NCBI GenBank assembly: GCA_964016885.1
Contig: OZ024741.1
Coordinates: 366,234,001-366,298,000 of the forward strand
Reading direction: 5' to 3'
From: Eledone cirrhosa
Lineage: Eukaryota
DNA length: 64,000 nt
In this document: positions 42,600 to 56,986 of the stretch, one piece after another
Layout: each line of letters starts with the position of its first letter
Numbering within the stretch: position 1 is the stretch's first letter
The notes under the pieces: model-generated
The model's database searches: none
What the model saw: only the letters and a program-made list of their open reading frames with translations
Told to the model about the DNA's origin: nothing
Made by a program: the position numbers and the translations under genes

Positions 42600-42814
42600 T
42601 AGTCAGTTCTTAGATATGCCAGCTCTGTGTTTATAGTGTTGATGGTATCAGAGCCTTGGGACATATGAGCTTGTTAGGAATAATTTAATGTTGTCAGCAG
42701 GAATAGTCTTGATTCTCATTGGTCAGTTTGTAGATGGTAGTAGGGTTGGTATTTGACCTCAAAGAGGCAGGTGGTGTTGTAAAGTTCAAACCGTCAGGCA
42801 AGATGACAATAGTT

Positions 42815-42870
<56 letters not shown>

Positions 42871-43001
42871 TTTGTGCGTGAGTGTGTAGGCAATATCTGC
42901 TAAATTCTCTGTCGTTGCATATCTACATTCGAGATTTATTTTTTCTCTTAATACATATGTATATATCTGTATATAGTTAGAACTCTAGAAATGTGTATAT
43001 A

Positions 43002-43032
<31 letters not shown>

Positions 43033-43056
43033 GTGCGTGTGTGTGTGTGTGTGTGT

Positions 43057-43093
<37 letters not shown>

Positions 43094-43673
43094 TGTGTGT
43101 GTGGGGGGGGGGGCATTTCAAGCGTTAATATAATACATTCCTTTCATATACTGTACCGATTGTGTTGTTATATCTGTTTACCAATTACACCCATATATAT
43201 GTATATAACGCAATTATTCTGTGACAGTCGGTGGGGGCGACTCATTATGTGTTTATCGTGAAAGAAAGAAATGTGACCGTTATAAACTAAATTAACTGTA
43301 AAATTAAATAGGTCCGTGCAATTGAGTATCATTCGCATGTGAAAAATATGATGTTCCTCTTTCATTCATTGGTTTATATGGATTGGCCGAAATCCCCTCG
43401 AGAGACGATGGTATTTCAGTTTATATTATATATGTATATATATATACATATACATATAAATATATATATGTATACACACATATATACATATATATAAAGA
43501 TATATACACATATATATATATATACTATATACATATTTGTATGTATGTATATATACATATATATATATATACATATATATATAAATATATATATATATAC
43601 ATATATATATATACACATATATATATATACATATATATACATATATATATATATAAATATATATATATATACA

Positions 43674-44121
43674 TACGATATTAAATAAATGGAAACTATA
43701 TTTATAACACCATATTTATTTCATTATATATATTTCAGGGATATCATATTAAAAATATGTTATGCCTTCTTCAGACAAAATAAAATATAAACAGTCTTAT
43801 AAATAGATAGATTCGACATACCTTTCAACTTCGACTTCTATTTGAAAAGTTGATTCAACTTTTCAAATAGAAGTCGAAGTTGAAAGGTATGTCGAATCTA
43901 TCTATTTATAAGACTGTTTATATTTTATTTTGTCTGAAGAAGGCATAACATATTTTTAATATGATATCCCTGAAATATATATAATGAAATAAATATGGTG
44001 TTATAAATATAGTTTCCATTTATTTAATATCGTAAATATACTCCAAATACTTGTTGAGTGCTTTTATATCAGTTATAAATATTTACTCGTTGTTAACCCA
44101 ACAATTTAAATAAAACTTTGC
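43674..44121 (+). mobile_element. Perfect 361-bp palindrome (180-bp arms) plus 3' tail; pLTR family H with an HHR in each arm
   Basis: Centre at 43854. HHR at 43926-43991: TATTTTGT CTGAAGA agg..cct GAAA TATATA TA ATGAAATA; mirror copy at 43717-43782. Confidence 0.88.
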
Positions 44122-44145
44122 ATATATATATACATATATATATAC

Positions 44146-44180
<35 letters not shown>

Positions 44181-44345
44181 TTGGAAATTGGAATAAATGC
44201 TCTGAAATAGCGATATATATGTGAATATAGACATAGAATATTCGAGAATATTCTGTATGTTTATAATAAACATTTTGAAGACCTAATCGCTATAGAATAG
44301 AATACGTCACGTATTACAATTAGATTCTCGATAAAAGCAAGGGAA

Positions 44346-44388
44346 GTAATCTACGCGTTTCATTCTCGTTAGAAATCATCAGGACTAC
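44346..44388 (-). ncRNA. Minimal type I hammerhead, family I, copy 1
   Basis: GTAGTC CTGATGA tTTCT aacg AGAAt GAAA CGCG TA GATTAC. Confidence 0.9.
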
Positions 44389-44655
44389 ATATCCAGTGCT
44401 TTTATCGAGAATGACACAGCTAGAGACTTATAGAATACTTAGCTGTGTACAGGAACTGGTTTGAAAGAGCGGTTGCCGGTCCGGCAGAAATTGGAAATTG
44501 GAATAAATGCTCTGAAATAGCGATATATATGTGAATATAGACATAGAATATTCGAGAATATTCTGTATGTTTATAATAAACATTTTGAAGACCTAATCGC
44601 TATAGAATAGAATACGTCACGTATTACAATTAGATTCTCGATAAAAGCAAGGGAA

Positions 44656-44698
44656 GTAATCTACGCGTTTCATTCTCGTTAGAAATCATCAGGACTAC
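44656..44698 (-). ncRNA. Minimal type I hammerhead, family I, copy 2
   Basis: Same as copy 1, offset by 310. Confidence 0.9.
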
Positions 44699-44965
44699 AT
44701 ATCCAGTGCTTTTATCGAGAATGACACAGCTAGAGACTTATAGAATACTTAGCTGTGTACAGGAACTGGTTTGAAAGAGCGGTTGCCGGTCCGGCAGAAA
44801 TTGGAAATTGGAATAAATGCTCTGAAATAGCGATATATATGTGAATATAGACATAGAATATTCGAGAATATTCTGTATGTTTATAATAAACATTTTGAAG
44901 ACCTAATCGCTATAGAATAGAATACGTCACGTATTACAATTAGATTCTCGATAAAAGCAAGGGAA

Positions 44966-45132
<167 letters not shown>

Positions 45133-45206
45133 CGAAGGAAATGTGGTAAGGAACCAGGTGGACCATAACGCACCAAAGTACTCAATACTTGAGGTAGTAG
45201 AGTGGG

Positions 45207-45301
<95 letters not shown>

Positions 45302-45324
45302 TATATACATATATATATATATAC

Positions 45325-45383
<59 letters not shown>

Positions 45384-45420
45384 AATATATATATATATAT
45401 ACTATATACATATATATGTA

Positions 45421-45477
<57 letters not shown>

Positions 45478-46613
45478 TTATGAGGGTGATAAACTGTAAA
45501 ACTAGAGACGTAGTTTATAGCATACGATGTACAGAGGGTACTTGTAGAAACATGACAACAGCATACATAGTCGAGAAAGGTCGTAGCATAGGAGAAAGGA
45601 TAGACCAACACTGGGGGTGGGGGGATTAAAATGACGAAAAAACGGTTCAGTACTATACGAACACGCCAGACAACAACATGACGTTAACATTTACAACATA
45701 GAAATTAAAATAATATCTAAACATAGAAATGACCCAGCAGGTAGGCAAATCAGAGAGGCAAGCGAAATAGAACTTAGAAGGATAAAGTGAAACAAAAAAA
45801 TAGATGGAATAACAACAACATCCAAACAAACAATACTGACTTGACTTAAGAGAAATATAAATAAATATATACACAAGCACACTAACAACAAACACATATA
45901 AACACACACTAGTAAACTAAGATTGAATATAATAACCAAAACAGTCACCCAAACGCGAACACACACCAAACACTATACACACGCAAACGCAATGAACGAA
46001 AAAAACGAAGATAATACGTACGTATTTGTTTGTGTGTATTTATTTATTTATTTCTATTACTTCTGTATTGTATTTATTTACTTTGTTCTTAACTCTGTAG
46101 CGGAGATTCATTCGGTCTCCAAGTTAGAATTTTAGTCTACGACTTCTGCTATACCATTTACGTGGTTTTGTCTTTGCGTGCTATTGTTCTCCACGCTCCA
46201 CATATGACGTATTATCTTCGTTTTTTTCGTTCATTGCCAGAGAACGTCTCTATGAACCACCTAAGAGAACATTAGTCTACGACCTCTTTTATTCCATAAA
46301 CGTGGTTCTGTCTGCGCGTAATTGTTTTTCACCGCTCCTATTACTGACGTATTATATTCGTTTTTTCCCGTTCTTTGCCAGCGAACGTTTCCACGAACCA
46401 AAGTATCGTCTTCCTGTCTTCCTCCGGTTGCAACGTTTTTTGAAATATCCACTTCTGCGTTTACAGATTGACTTTGTTAGTTTCAGAAGATCCCGTTAAG
46501 GGTGAAAGTAACGATTCTTTGCTTAAACTTTAAACTGGGTCAATATATGCATATGTTTTTATATGTCTCTTGTGTTGAAAAGGAGGTCAAGTATGTTATA
46601 GATCACTAAATAG

Positions 46614-46662
46614 TTGGTCCGAAGAACCCAAACCTCGGTTTGGAGGAAACAATTGTAAGCAA
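46614..46662 (+). ncRNA. Hammerhead-like motif, family J, CCGAAGA core
   Basis: TTGgT CCGAAGA acCCAAACC tc GGTTTGGag GAAA CAATTG TA AgCAA. Confidence 0.65.
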
Positions 46663-46696
46663 ATAAATGATTTAAACTGAACTTTGATTATTGTAA

Positions 46697-46838
<142 letters not shown>

Positions 46839-47010
46839 ACATAAACATAGAAAGCCTTAAGCGATACCAACTCCATCTCACTCAACAAACATTAGGATAT
46901 ACTTAAGTATTATCCCAATTTAGTGTTTGGGGTGCTAACTAATCAGTATTTCGTGGATAATTGGTTGTATTATTTTATATGAGACATTATTAAATAAATA
47001 TCTAATTTCT

Positions 47011-47133
47011 TCCAGACGGCCGTTTCGCTAAAAGATTTCTACAATTTAGGATAAATAATTTCCAGGTTATGTAGAAACTTGTATATAATCCATAGTTTTA
47101 TACACAAGCGGGCTCTTATATCTCATCAGTGGA
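47011..47133 (-). ncRNA. Hammerhead, family F, 96-nt branched stem II, GUC site
   Basis: TCCA CTGATGA [gatataaga...tcttttagc] GAAA CGGCCG TC TGGA. Confidence 0.88.
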
Positions 47134-47390
47134 TGCCCTGTAAATAACGATATAAGAATTATATCGACATTAACAGAATGGTGATGCTCTCTCTCAGCAC
47201 TAAGAAGAGACTGGTAGATTAGAATCCAGCAGTTCTCTCAAAGAAAAAATACACGCTGTCCCCAAAAGGGTAAAAGGAGGTCATCTTAAAATAAAACAAT
47301 ATACACGCTGGTAAATTAAACCTGTTAGGTATTAACCACGCGTATAAGAACTCAATTGTGTGTGTGTGTATACATATATGTATGTCTGTG

Positions 47391-47433
<43 letters not shown>

Positions 47434-47439
47434 GCACAA

Positions 47440-48515
47440 CTATTGACAGAATCACCAGTTGACGGTAATGACACTCTTCAGAATTCCCGAACAGAGGCTC
47501 TCATGTGGATGATGCAATTTTATATAGTAGAGATCAGTATGCCATAGTCTACTCAATGGATGCACAACCCTCATTACGTAACTCCATTGCTGAACTAAAT
47601 CATGGAAAAGAAGTTGATGAAGAAGGACACTTCACTGAGATCTCTCGTTTTGGAGGAGACTACTTGATCGATGTCATGCATAGTGTTATTTCGGATATCT
47701 GGATGGCTGGAGAAGTCCCAAAGGAGTGGAGAGATGCTATTGTAATTCCTCTGTAAAAGGGCAAATATACTCGTGAACTTAGTGGAATCTGCAGAGCCAT
47801 AGCTTATCTATACACAGTCAGAGAAATCTTGGCTGATATAATCCTGTCCAGACTGAACCTCCATATTTCTATCAGAGTTCTTCCATTCATAGTGCGGCTT
47901 TAGAGCAAACAGAAGAACTGGAGACGTGATGTTTACAACATGTCAAACATAAGAAAAGTGTGTAGAACAGGGCTTGTTCTTATATCCAGTCTTTATCGAT
48001 CATACACGGTCAACCGAAAAGGACTCTTGGCTATTCCTAGAAAGCTAGGCTGTCCCCAACGCAAGGTCAAGTCATTCCATGCTGAAATGGAGGCTTCTTT
48101 CAACTTTAAAGGCATTATATCTAAACCAATAAAAATAGAGAAAGTTGTTAAACAGGAAGATCTGGTTGCATCAACTTTTTTCCATCTTCGCTTCTATTGT
48201 TTTTCTTGACGCCTTCAAGAACTGTAACCAGTCTTGTATGTACGATATCGCAGTTCAGGCAAGCTTTTAAACATACGCCGCTTTGCTGTCAAATCGAAGT
48301 CCTTTTAACTCTTGTCCGCAATCCTCTCTACCCCGATGACTGTGACTTAGTCGTTCACACTGCAGCTGATATGCAGTGTTTGATTGACTGTTTGTCTGAA
48401 TTATACAAAGCATTTGGTCTGACAATGTCTGAATAAAACAGTTATTATGTCTCAACCAGCACCAGGCACAGCCTATGTAAAAATCTTCCATCTATGTCGA
48501 TGAGGAGAAGCGAAT
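47440..48515 (+). pseudogene. Decayed RTE LINE RT fragment
   Basis: IWMAGEVPKEWRDAIVIPL*KGK..VKQED..LYPDDCDLVVHT..AFGLT; multiple stops and frameshifts. Confidence 0.85.
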
Positions 48516-48516
48516 T

Positions 48517-48588
<72 letters not shown>

Positions 48589-48709
48589 TGTAAATATTGC
48601 TAATACGGTGTCAAAACACTAAAGAACCAGTAAGGCATTGGGGTTGATCTAATCGACATTCCCTTCTCCAAAATTGCTGTCCTTGTACATAGTAAAAATC
48701 ATTATTATT

Positions 48710-48900
48710 CGGTGAATTGGCAGTATCGGTAGAGGCTCGGACATGCTTTCTAGCATAGAGTTACGTCCTTTACGATCTGAGTTCAAATCCAGCCGAGGTT
48801 AACTTTGCCTTTCATCCATACGGGGTCGATAAAATAAAGTACCAGTAATGTACTGGATAATTGCTGGCCTTGTGCCAAAAGTACAAACAATTATTATTAT
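48710..48900 (+). mobile_element. Nin-like SINE
   Basis: A and B boxes plus the central domain. Confidence 0.85.
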
Positions 48901-48915
48901 ATTTATTATTATATT

Positions 48916-48960
<45 letters not shown>

Positions 48961-49264
48961 AATGATTTAGATTTTCGTGACTTGCAATTCCAAATATCAT
49001 TATTTCATTGTTATGCAAGGATTTTCTATGAATTTTATGGGTTTTTTACGCTTTTATCTACTCCTCTCTCTCTATATATATATACATATATATGAATGTA
49101 TATATGTATATATATACACAGATATGTGTCTACATATACACATATATATGTATATATGTACATATATACATACATATATATATGTAAATATATATATATA
49201 TATATATGAATGCATATATGTATATGTATATATATACACAGATATGCATCTACATAGACACATA

Positions 49265-49348
<84 letters not shown>

Positions 49349-49471
49349 TAGAGTCCAGAATTAGCCGTCGAAACGGTTTGAGCTCAGCCGTCGGGGTCCC
49401 ACTCTACTACCCTAAGTATTGAGTATTTTGGTGCGTTATTGTCCATTTGGTTCCTTACCACATTTCCTTCG

Positions 49472-49550
<79 letters not shown>

Positions 49551-50029
49551 GTATATGTATATGTATGTACCTATGTATATATATATATACGCATATAACA
49601 TATATGTATGAATGTTTGTGTGGGCGGGAGGCTTACAAATTCTATATTTCTGCTGTATATCGAAAGTGGTGTGATTATGCATAGAATACAGGGATATTTA
49701 AATGCTCTTCCTCCGATACAATTATAAAAGCTTATGCCTATGTTTTCAATTAATACCTTGGAATAGGGTATAGTGATAGGGTATTCAAATCTACTTAAAG
49801 ATTTTGTTTGGCTATACATCTCTTAATATAATGGTTTATTTGTAAAGAAGCATATATTGTTGGGCACACCGCAGTAATATTCTTCTTGTATCTGTTGGAG
49901 GGTTGCATTCAAGGACTGCTTAAATATCTTAATTCCTAGATTATTGAAATGCAAATGCCTATAATCTTACGTCATATTTTGTTATGAAACGCAATATATA
50001 ACATTCCGTTAGATTATATTATACTATAA

Positions 50030-50892
50030 CTAGCAGAATGGCCCGGCGTTGCTCGGGATTCTAAACATTGATTGGCATGTTTATCCCTGCTTTCTGAAAC
50101 AGTACAGAGAAGTACGGAATACCTCGGCCTGGGGATGGTGTCTACATTTTGTGCTTATAAAAAAAATTCGTCGTAGATTACCAGGGGTTTAACTTAATTG
50201 GGTGCTTGAGAGTAAAATGTTCACCCACGAAAGCCAAGACGATAGGATTAAGTAAAAAGGCATTCTACAAACCGAACATGTATTTGTTATGCTATGGTAT
50301 AATGAAAGCAATAGTTTCAGAGCAGTAAGCATGTGTGACTGCAGTGGTGGAGAGCATGAAGGAATTTAGTTGGATACTTTTAAGGTTACAGGCTCTAACG
50401 CAACCAAAATGCTAAACAATGCAGTACCCGGGCAAAATTTGAAATCTTTTTTAGTCAAGAAACTTTGTGAAACATAAGTAATGCATGTGCAAAGTTTTTA
50501 AAAAATCGGTTGGGTACTTCTCGCGTTACAGGCCCTAACGCAACCAAAATGCTTTTAAAAATCGGTTTTTTGCCTAATGCGGTCCCTGGGGCAAAAAATA
50601 AGAAAATCTTTTTTGCTCAAAACACTTTAAACGACATAAGTAATGCACATTGTGAAATAATCGACTGGATTATTGCTCCGTTATGCCTAAAAAAAGCCTT
50701 TAAAGCCTAAAATATGCTGTTTTTCGCCTAATGCGGTCCCTGGGGCATTGCCAATTTGAAATATGTTTTGCTCGACACACTCACACGACCATAAATATTA
50801 CATGTGTAAAGTTTGAAAAAAGTCGGTTGGTGGTTCTCGAGTTTTAGAGGGACAGACAGACAGACAGACATTCTCTGTTTTAGATATATAGA
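50030..50892 (-). mobile_element. Non-autonomous Helitron
   Basis: Minus strand 5' TCTATATAT, (CTGT)n, subterminal hairpin CCCGAGCAACGCCGGG, 3' CTAG; internal sub-repeats. Confidence 0.8.
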
Positions 50893-51494
50893 CTAGCAGA
50901 AAACCACCCGGAGGGCGGTTTTCTGCTAGCAAATCTAGTGTATATACTGATATTGTTAAGATTTGGATGAGAAATGTTTTCGGCACCATATGTTCACCGT
51001 CTCTCGGTGTGTCTTTTATGCATGTATAAATATATATGTTATCTATACGGTGAAATCTTTGAAATAAATATATGTTAAAACGAAAAAGGAGAAAAAGAGA
51101 TTAGTGACGGAAATATAAACGTTATGATACATAAACGTTATGATATAACGATGGCAATATATCTTCAAATGGTCCTTGGCATGGTGTCAAGTCAGAACCG
51201 CCTCGAACTGGTTACTTCTGGCTTGTGCAAGGTGTCTCTATAGCAACCAGCGATTCCCTCGGCCTCAGTGACCAAAGTCAGTGGAGAGGGGAAGGTAATG
51301 TTTCTATAGCGACAGTGTTTCTCTTGGTAGTACCAAAGTGGAGAAAGGAAGGGGAACGTAATATTTCTGTAGCACCTACATTTGAGTTTTAGGGAAGGAC
51401 AGACAGACAGACAAACAGAGAAATGCCCATATATTTCTGTGTGTATATATATATATATATATATATTACACACACAGAAATGTGTATATATTTC

Positions 51495-51527
<33 letters not shown>

Positions 51528-51674
51528 TACACACACAGAAATGTATATATATTTCTTAGAACAAAATTATTATTAATGTTTTGCTGTTCATAACAATTGG
51601 AATTGAAAAATTACTTTTGAAATTATTAGTTATTTTACTAATGCTTAGATATGTAAAAATGAAGCAATGTTTCT

Positions 51675-52846
51675 AATAATTGTTTCTACTTTTGGCACAA
51701 GGCCAGCAATTACCCAGTACATTACTGGTACTTTATTTTATTGACTCCGTGAGGATGAAAGTCAAAGTTAACCTCGGCGGTATTTGAACTCAGACCGTAA
51801 AGGGACGTAACTCCATGCTATGAAGCATGGTGTCCGACTCTCTACAGATTCTGCCAATCCACCGCCCTAATGTCTGTACGTAATGAGGGAGTGAGAGGGG
51901 AGAGAAAGAAAGGCAGAGGTGAAGTGACGAAGTGACTCTCTCCTCCTCCTCCTCCTCCATCTCCCCATTCGTCACAGCGATAGAGGGGAGGAATGTTAGT
52001 GTGTTACAAAGAGAAAGAGTGAGAGTGAGAGAAACAGACAGATTAAAAGAGAGGGATAGCTGGAGAGAGAGAGAGATAGCAACCACGCGCGCACGTGTTT
52101 CCACTGTCGGACAGACAGACAGAGAAATTGCTGGTTATATATTATAAGGAGATAAATATGTAAGGGCGGGGGGTTGGTAGTATCGGTGGAGCGTCAGACA
52201 CCATGCTTTACAGAATAGTTTTATGTCCCTATGCATTCTGAGTTCAAATTCCGCCGAGGTTAGATTTGCCTTTCATCGTTACGGGGTCGTTACAGAAATG
52301 CACTGGGGTCGATTTAATCGACTTTCTCCTCCTCTTTAAATTGCTTGCTTTGCGCCTAAATTAGAAACAATTATAATAAATGTGTATAATAATATACATA
52401 TATGTTAATTCTCTTACAATTCTCTGTCATTTTTTCTGTCACATTTTTTCGTAGTCGTTTCTCATCTAACAGAATGTCGTCCATTAGTACAGATATTAGA
52501 AAGGCGGTGAATTGGCAGAATCTTGAGAGCTTCGGATAAAACTTTAATTTATTTGTTGCGGCTCTCAAGGAACCCAAATTCTTGTCAGTGAACCGAAATT
52601 CTTGGCTACACGACAGTAAACCTGCGCTCACAGCTTTTATGTTTTTCTATATATAATAATTTCTCGTATATGCACAAGGCCAGTAATTTGGCGGGAGGGG
52701 AAAGTCGATTAAATTGACCCCAGTATGTTACTGGTGCTTTATTGTATGCCCCCCCCCCCGCAAGGATGAAAGGCAAAGTTAACCTCGGCGGGATTTTAAC
52801 TCAGATCGTAAAGGGCCGTAACTCTATGCTTCAAAACATGGTGTCC
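51675..52846. mobile_element. Three Nin-like SINEs: 51675-51866 (-), 52165-52372 (+), 52655-52846 (-)
   Basis: Homology to the 5086 SINE. Confidence 0.8.
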
Positions 52847-53929
52847 AATGTTTTTCTGTATATTGCATTAATTAACAATATTTTTGCACAGTTACGTTAT
52901 ATTCTTGTGTGGCATATATTAAATCTGTTAAAACTCATATTTTCAGAATGTACAACACTGAGTCAGACTAATACTCCAGGTTGTTGTTGTTACAGGTCCC
53001 GCCAATATAGTTTTAGCTGGTATGCCATCGGAAGTTTCTCAAGAGTTTTTATGATAGGGTCCCCTTGTCAATTACAGGATTTAACCCCCATCTGTTACTT
53101 GTATTTCTTTTTGTTTTTCAGTATTGGTCAACACAAGATTATATTATGAGATACTTGCCCAAGATGTCATGTAGTAGGAGTAAACTGCAAACCACGGTTA
53201 ACCGCGCAGCTATGCCTGCACCTATATATCTATTGTATTTTAGCCGTTTTTTCTCTCTAGTGTAAAACGTCTGTCACGCTGGAAATGAGTCGTAAGAGCG
53301 AGAGTGTGATAGAGATTGAGTTAGAGAGAGTGTGAGAGTAAGAGAGAGAAAGTGACGGGGGTAATGATGATCTCACATATTTTTGGACAGATGATGGTAA
53401 GGTTGCAAGTGCGAGAGAGAGTGAGAGAGAGGTTATGTTTTAACGAAAATATTGTTATCTTGAAATTGAATAAATTTTTCCATTTTGATCTTTAATACTT
53501 GGTGGTTATTTCCAATTAAACCATGGAGTTTACACGGGGTCAGTTAGTACGTATTAAATGATAAAATTATTCAATATTTTACTCATATTATTTTCAATTG
53601 TTCGATTTCTTCTGTGTAAATTCAACATTACATTACATTAAATCTTTCAGTTGTATTCTTGCATATTTTTCACTATTGAATAAAATCTAAATAAGAATAA
53701 TATACAAGATATACAATATATACTAGACAGTCTTAAGCTTGTATATTCAGTCTCATACCAAATTATTCCAATTCCATTCAACAAAGATGAATAATGCTCT
53801 GAGAAATCTATTCAAACAACTTTCAAGTAAAATCAAAACGAATATATTACTACAAATCTAAGGCAATTTCATCCATAATAAATGGGAAAGAATGATGATA
53901 ATGATAACAATAATAATGATAAAAATAAT

Positions 53930-54680
53930 ATCAATAATAATAATAATAATGTTTTCTTTATTGGCCACACAGGGTTCACATTAAGGAAACATTAAAGATA
54001 GTACAGAATGGTTCAGTGTGGTTTTTTTGTGTGAAATAAAATTTATAACAGAGATTAAGAAAATAAACATTTAAAAAAAAGTAAACATAAATTGCATAAA
54101 GGTGAGGAGGCTCCAAAGCTTTCTCGTGAAGTAACCCCACAAAAGCCACGGTCACCCTGACCGCTAGGACAAGCGCCCTCTCCAAGTTGTCCACCGGTAC
54201 TACAGGTACACGCTTAGGGCAGACCTTTTTACACGGGCTATTCTTGCCTCTCTCTCTCATACCTTTCAACAAACTGGCTGAAAAGCAACATTTCCCGCTC
54301 CATCCTGATTTTCCTTCTCATGTGAAACCTGAAAAAGTTAACGAGAGGATTGCCGAAGAGCAAAGAGCCTATTTTCAACCCTTTCATAGGCATCCACCAT
54401 ACGACCTCTTTCACCATGGCCACTAGGCAAATAAAAACTGCCTGCCCTTCCTGGTTAAAGGAGGTCGGCAGGGAAGTCTTCATGATGGACACAGCGGATA
54501 GCTGAATCCGTCCTACACGCGACAACAGATGTTCGACATAAACCCACAAGTCGGATACTGGATACTGGACGAGTACGTGTAGTACGGTCTCGTCGCCCCG
54601 CTGACGGCACTTCCATACCCGTAAAGTTTAGATAATGATAAGATGCCAGGTTGACACTCGACATCATTTGGGAGAGAAGC
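53930..54680 (-). pseudogene. L1/Tx1-like LINE 3' end (zf-RVT-like region, 3' UTR, AATAAA, (ATT)n tail)
   Basis: DETVLHVLVQYPVSDLWVYVEHLLS..VKEVVWW..F.ER; CCAATAAAGAAAAC(ATT)n. Confidence 0.7.
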
Positions 54681-54700
54681 GGAATTCAAAGGAAGTGTAC

Positions 54701-54871
54701 AATAATAATAATTGTTTCTACTTTTGGCACAAGGCCAGCAATTACCCAGTGTATTACTGGTACTTTATTTTATCGACCTCGTAATGATGAAAGGCAAAGT
54801 TAACCTCGGCGGTATTTGAACTCAGACAATAAAGGGCTGTAACTCTCTGCTGCAAAGCATGGCATCCGACC
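54701..54871 (-). mobile_element. Nin-like SINE
   Basis: Homology to the 5086 SINE. Confidence 0.8.
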
Positions 54872-55401
54872 CAAATAATGTCAAATAATAATAATACTAA
54901 GTCAGGAAGGTCAACAAAGACTGTACTCTAGCGGTACGACGAAAGAGATCGTTAAAATAAGTACCATATTTTGAAAATGAAATGAGTAATGAGGCCGATA
55001 TTATTCAATAAATCACTTTAAGGAGGTGCCACAGCCTGGCCACAATCAAGTGACTGAACCAGAAAAAGAATAAAAGAATTCTAGCCTGAATTCATTTGGT
55101 GGTGAAACAGAATAAGAATGAGCAAGCAATATATTCCATACTTACCAAATTCAAAGAATTCAGAAATAGCTTGCAAAATATTTTCAGCTTCCTTCAAAGT
55201 TATATAATGTGTTCAATGCTATTTTGAAATCATAATATGTAATAGGTAATGAACCATCATAGATTCCTGTAAACTTGCGCTGTGGTTTCCTTTCTGAAAC
55301 TACCAGGTTATGGATAGAAAGTACCCTTTACGCTTGACCAGTGTTGCAAAAACTTGAGACGGATATATTTATACCATGTGTGACTATAAATATAAATATA
55401 G

Positions 55402-55458
<57 letters not shown>

Positions 55459-55487
55459 CAAATATATATATACAAATATATATATAC

Positions 55488-55579
<92 letters not shown>

Positions 55580-56008
55580 TATATATATTCATCATCGTCA
55601 TTATTTAGAGAGAGAGAGAGAAATCGTGAACATACATTCTTACATATTCAAAAATAGAAAGACTTATGTACACATGTAAATATGTACGTGTGTTCCTCTA
55701 TGTATGTGTAAGTGTTTGATTACATGTCGTGTGACATCATGACGTAAATAAATATCGGTCCCTGGATTAAATCATTCCTCTTTACTGCATTTATCATTTC
55801 CTATCTCCGAAAGTTTGGACATCTTAAAATATTTATCTCTCTATATATCTGTCTACCTATATATCTCAGTATCTATCAATCTATCTATCTCTCCTTTTCT
55901 GCCCCCCCCCCCCCCCTCTCTCACTCTCTCCATATATATATTATTAAGACATTTTTCCAATTCCATCCCGCCCGTCCCCTCAATCTATCTTATTTCTTTC
56001 TTATTATT

Positions 56009-56044
56009 TCTTCTGATGAAGGACTAGCATCCAAAACGTTAAGA
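56009..56044 (+). ncRNA. Decayed minimal hammerhead, family K (relatives at 40831-40866, truncated at 4127-4145, and 39910-39946 minus)
   Basis: TCTT CTGATGA aGGA ctagca TCC AAAA CG TT AAGA; GAAA lost at a CpG. Confidence 0.7.
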
Positions 56045-56128
56045 CCCTCTTCCTGCTATATCAAGCGTTAACCTAATATATCCCTTCCATATACTGTACC
56101 GATTGTATTGTTATTTCTGTTTACCTTT

Positions 56129-56186
<58 letters not shown>

Positions 56187-56676
56187 GTGTGTTAGACACG
56201 TTGGCTGATGCTTTTGACGAGAAGGAAAAGATTGGTTTTCTAGTCTCCCGCCACCACGTAAAATTTGTAAATTGGTTGCTAGTCGAGAGATAGAATGTTA
56301 TCGGGTGCCAGTTGCTAATCGCTTTACCTTGTCGGTTGTCACAAACAGTCATGACCGGCATGGGCTGGTGTTTGGATTCTGTCGATCGATTGGTTATTGA
56401 TTAGGCGATACCCGCATAAGCCGCATAAGCCGATTGTACATTGTTGCATAATATATGCAGACGGATGGTGCTGTGCACCTTAATGCTGCATTAGTGCGGC
56501 CGAAACTCGAGTCCGGGAACTATTATAGGCACCCGTTTTACGTGTGTTGTATTGAAGCGAATAACTATGTGTATACTCTGGGAATGTATCTTACATTGCC
56601 CATGGAGTACACTGAGATACAACCGGTCCTGGCATTGATAAATATGCTGGGTCCATCAACTCCTTATTATATATAT

Positions 56677-56864
56677 GTGAATTGGCAGTATCGGTAGAGG
56701 GTCGGACGCCATGCTTTGACGCATAGAGTTACGGCCCTTGTCATTCTGAGTTCAAATCCCGTCGAGGTTAACTTTGCCTTTCATCCTAACGGGTGTCGAT
56801 AAAATAAAGTACCATTAATACACTGGAATAAATGGTGGCCTTGTGCCTATTGTAAAAACAATTA
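56677..56864 (+). mobile_element. Nin-like SINE
   Basis: A and B boxes plus the central domain. Confidence 0.85.
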
Positions 56865-56876
56865 TATATATATATA

Positions 56877-56986
<110 letters not shown>

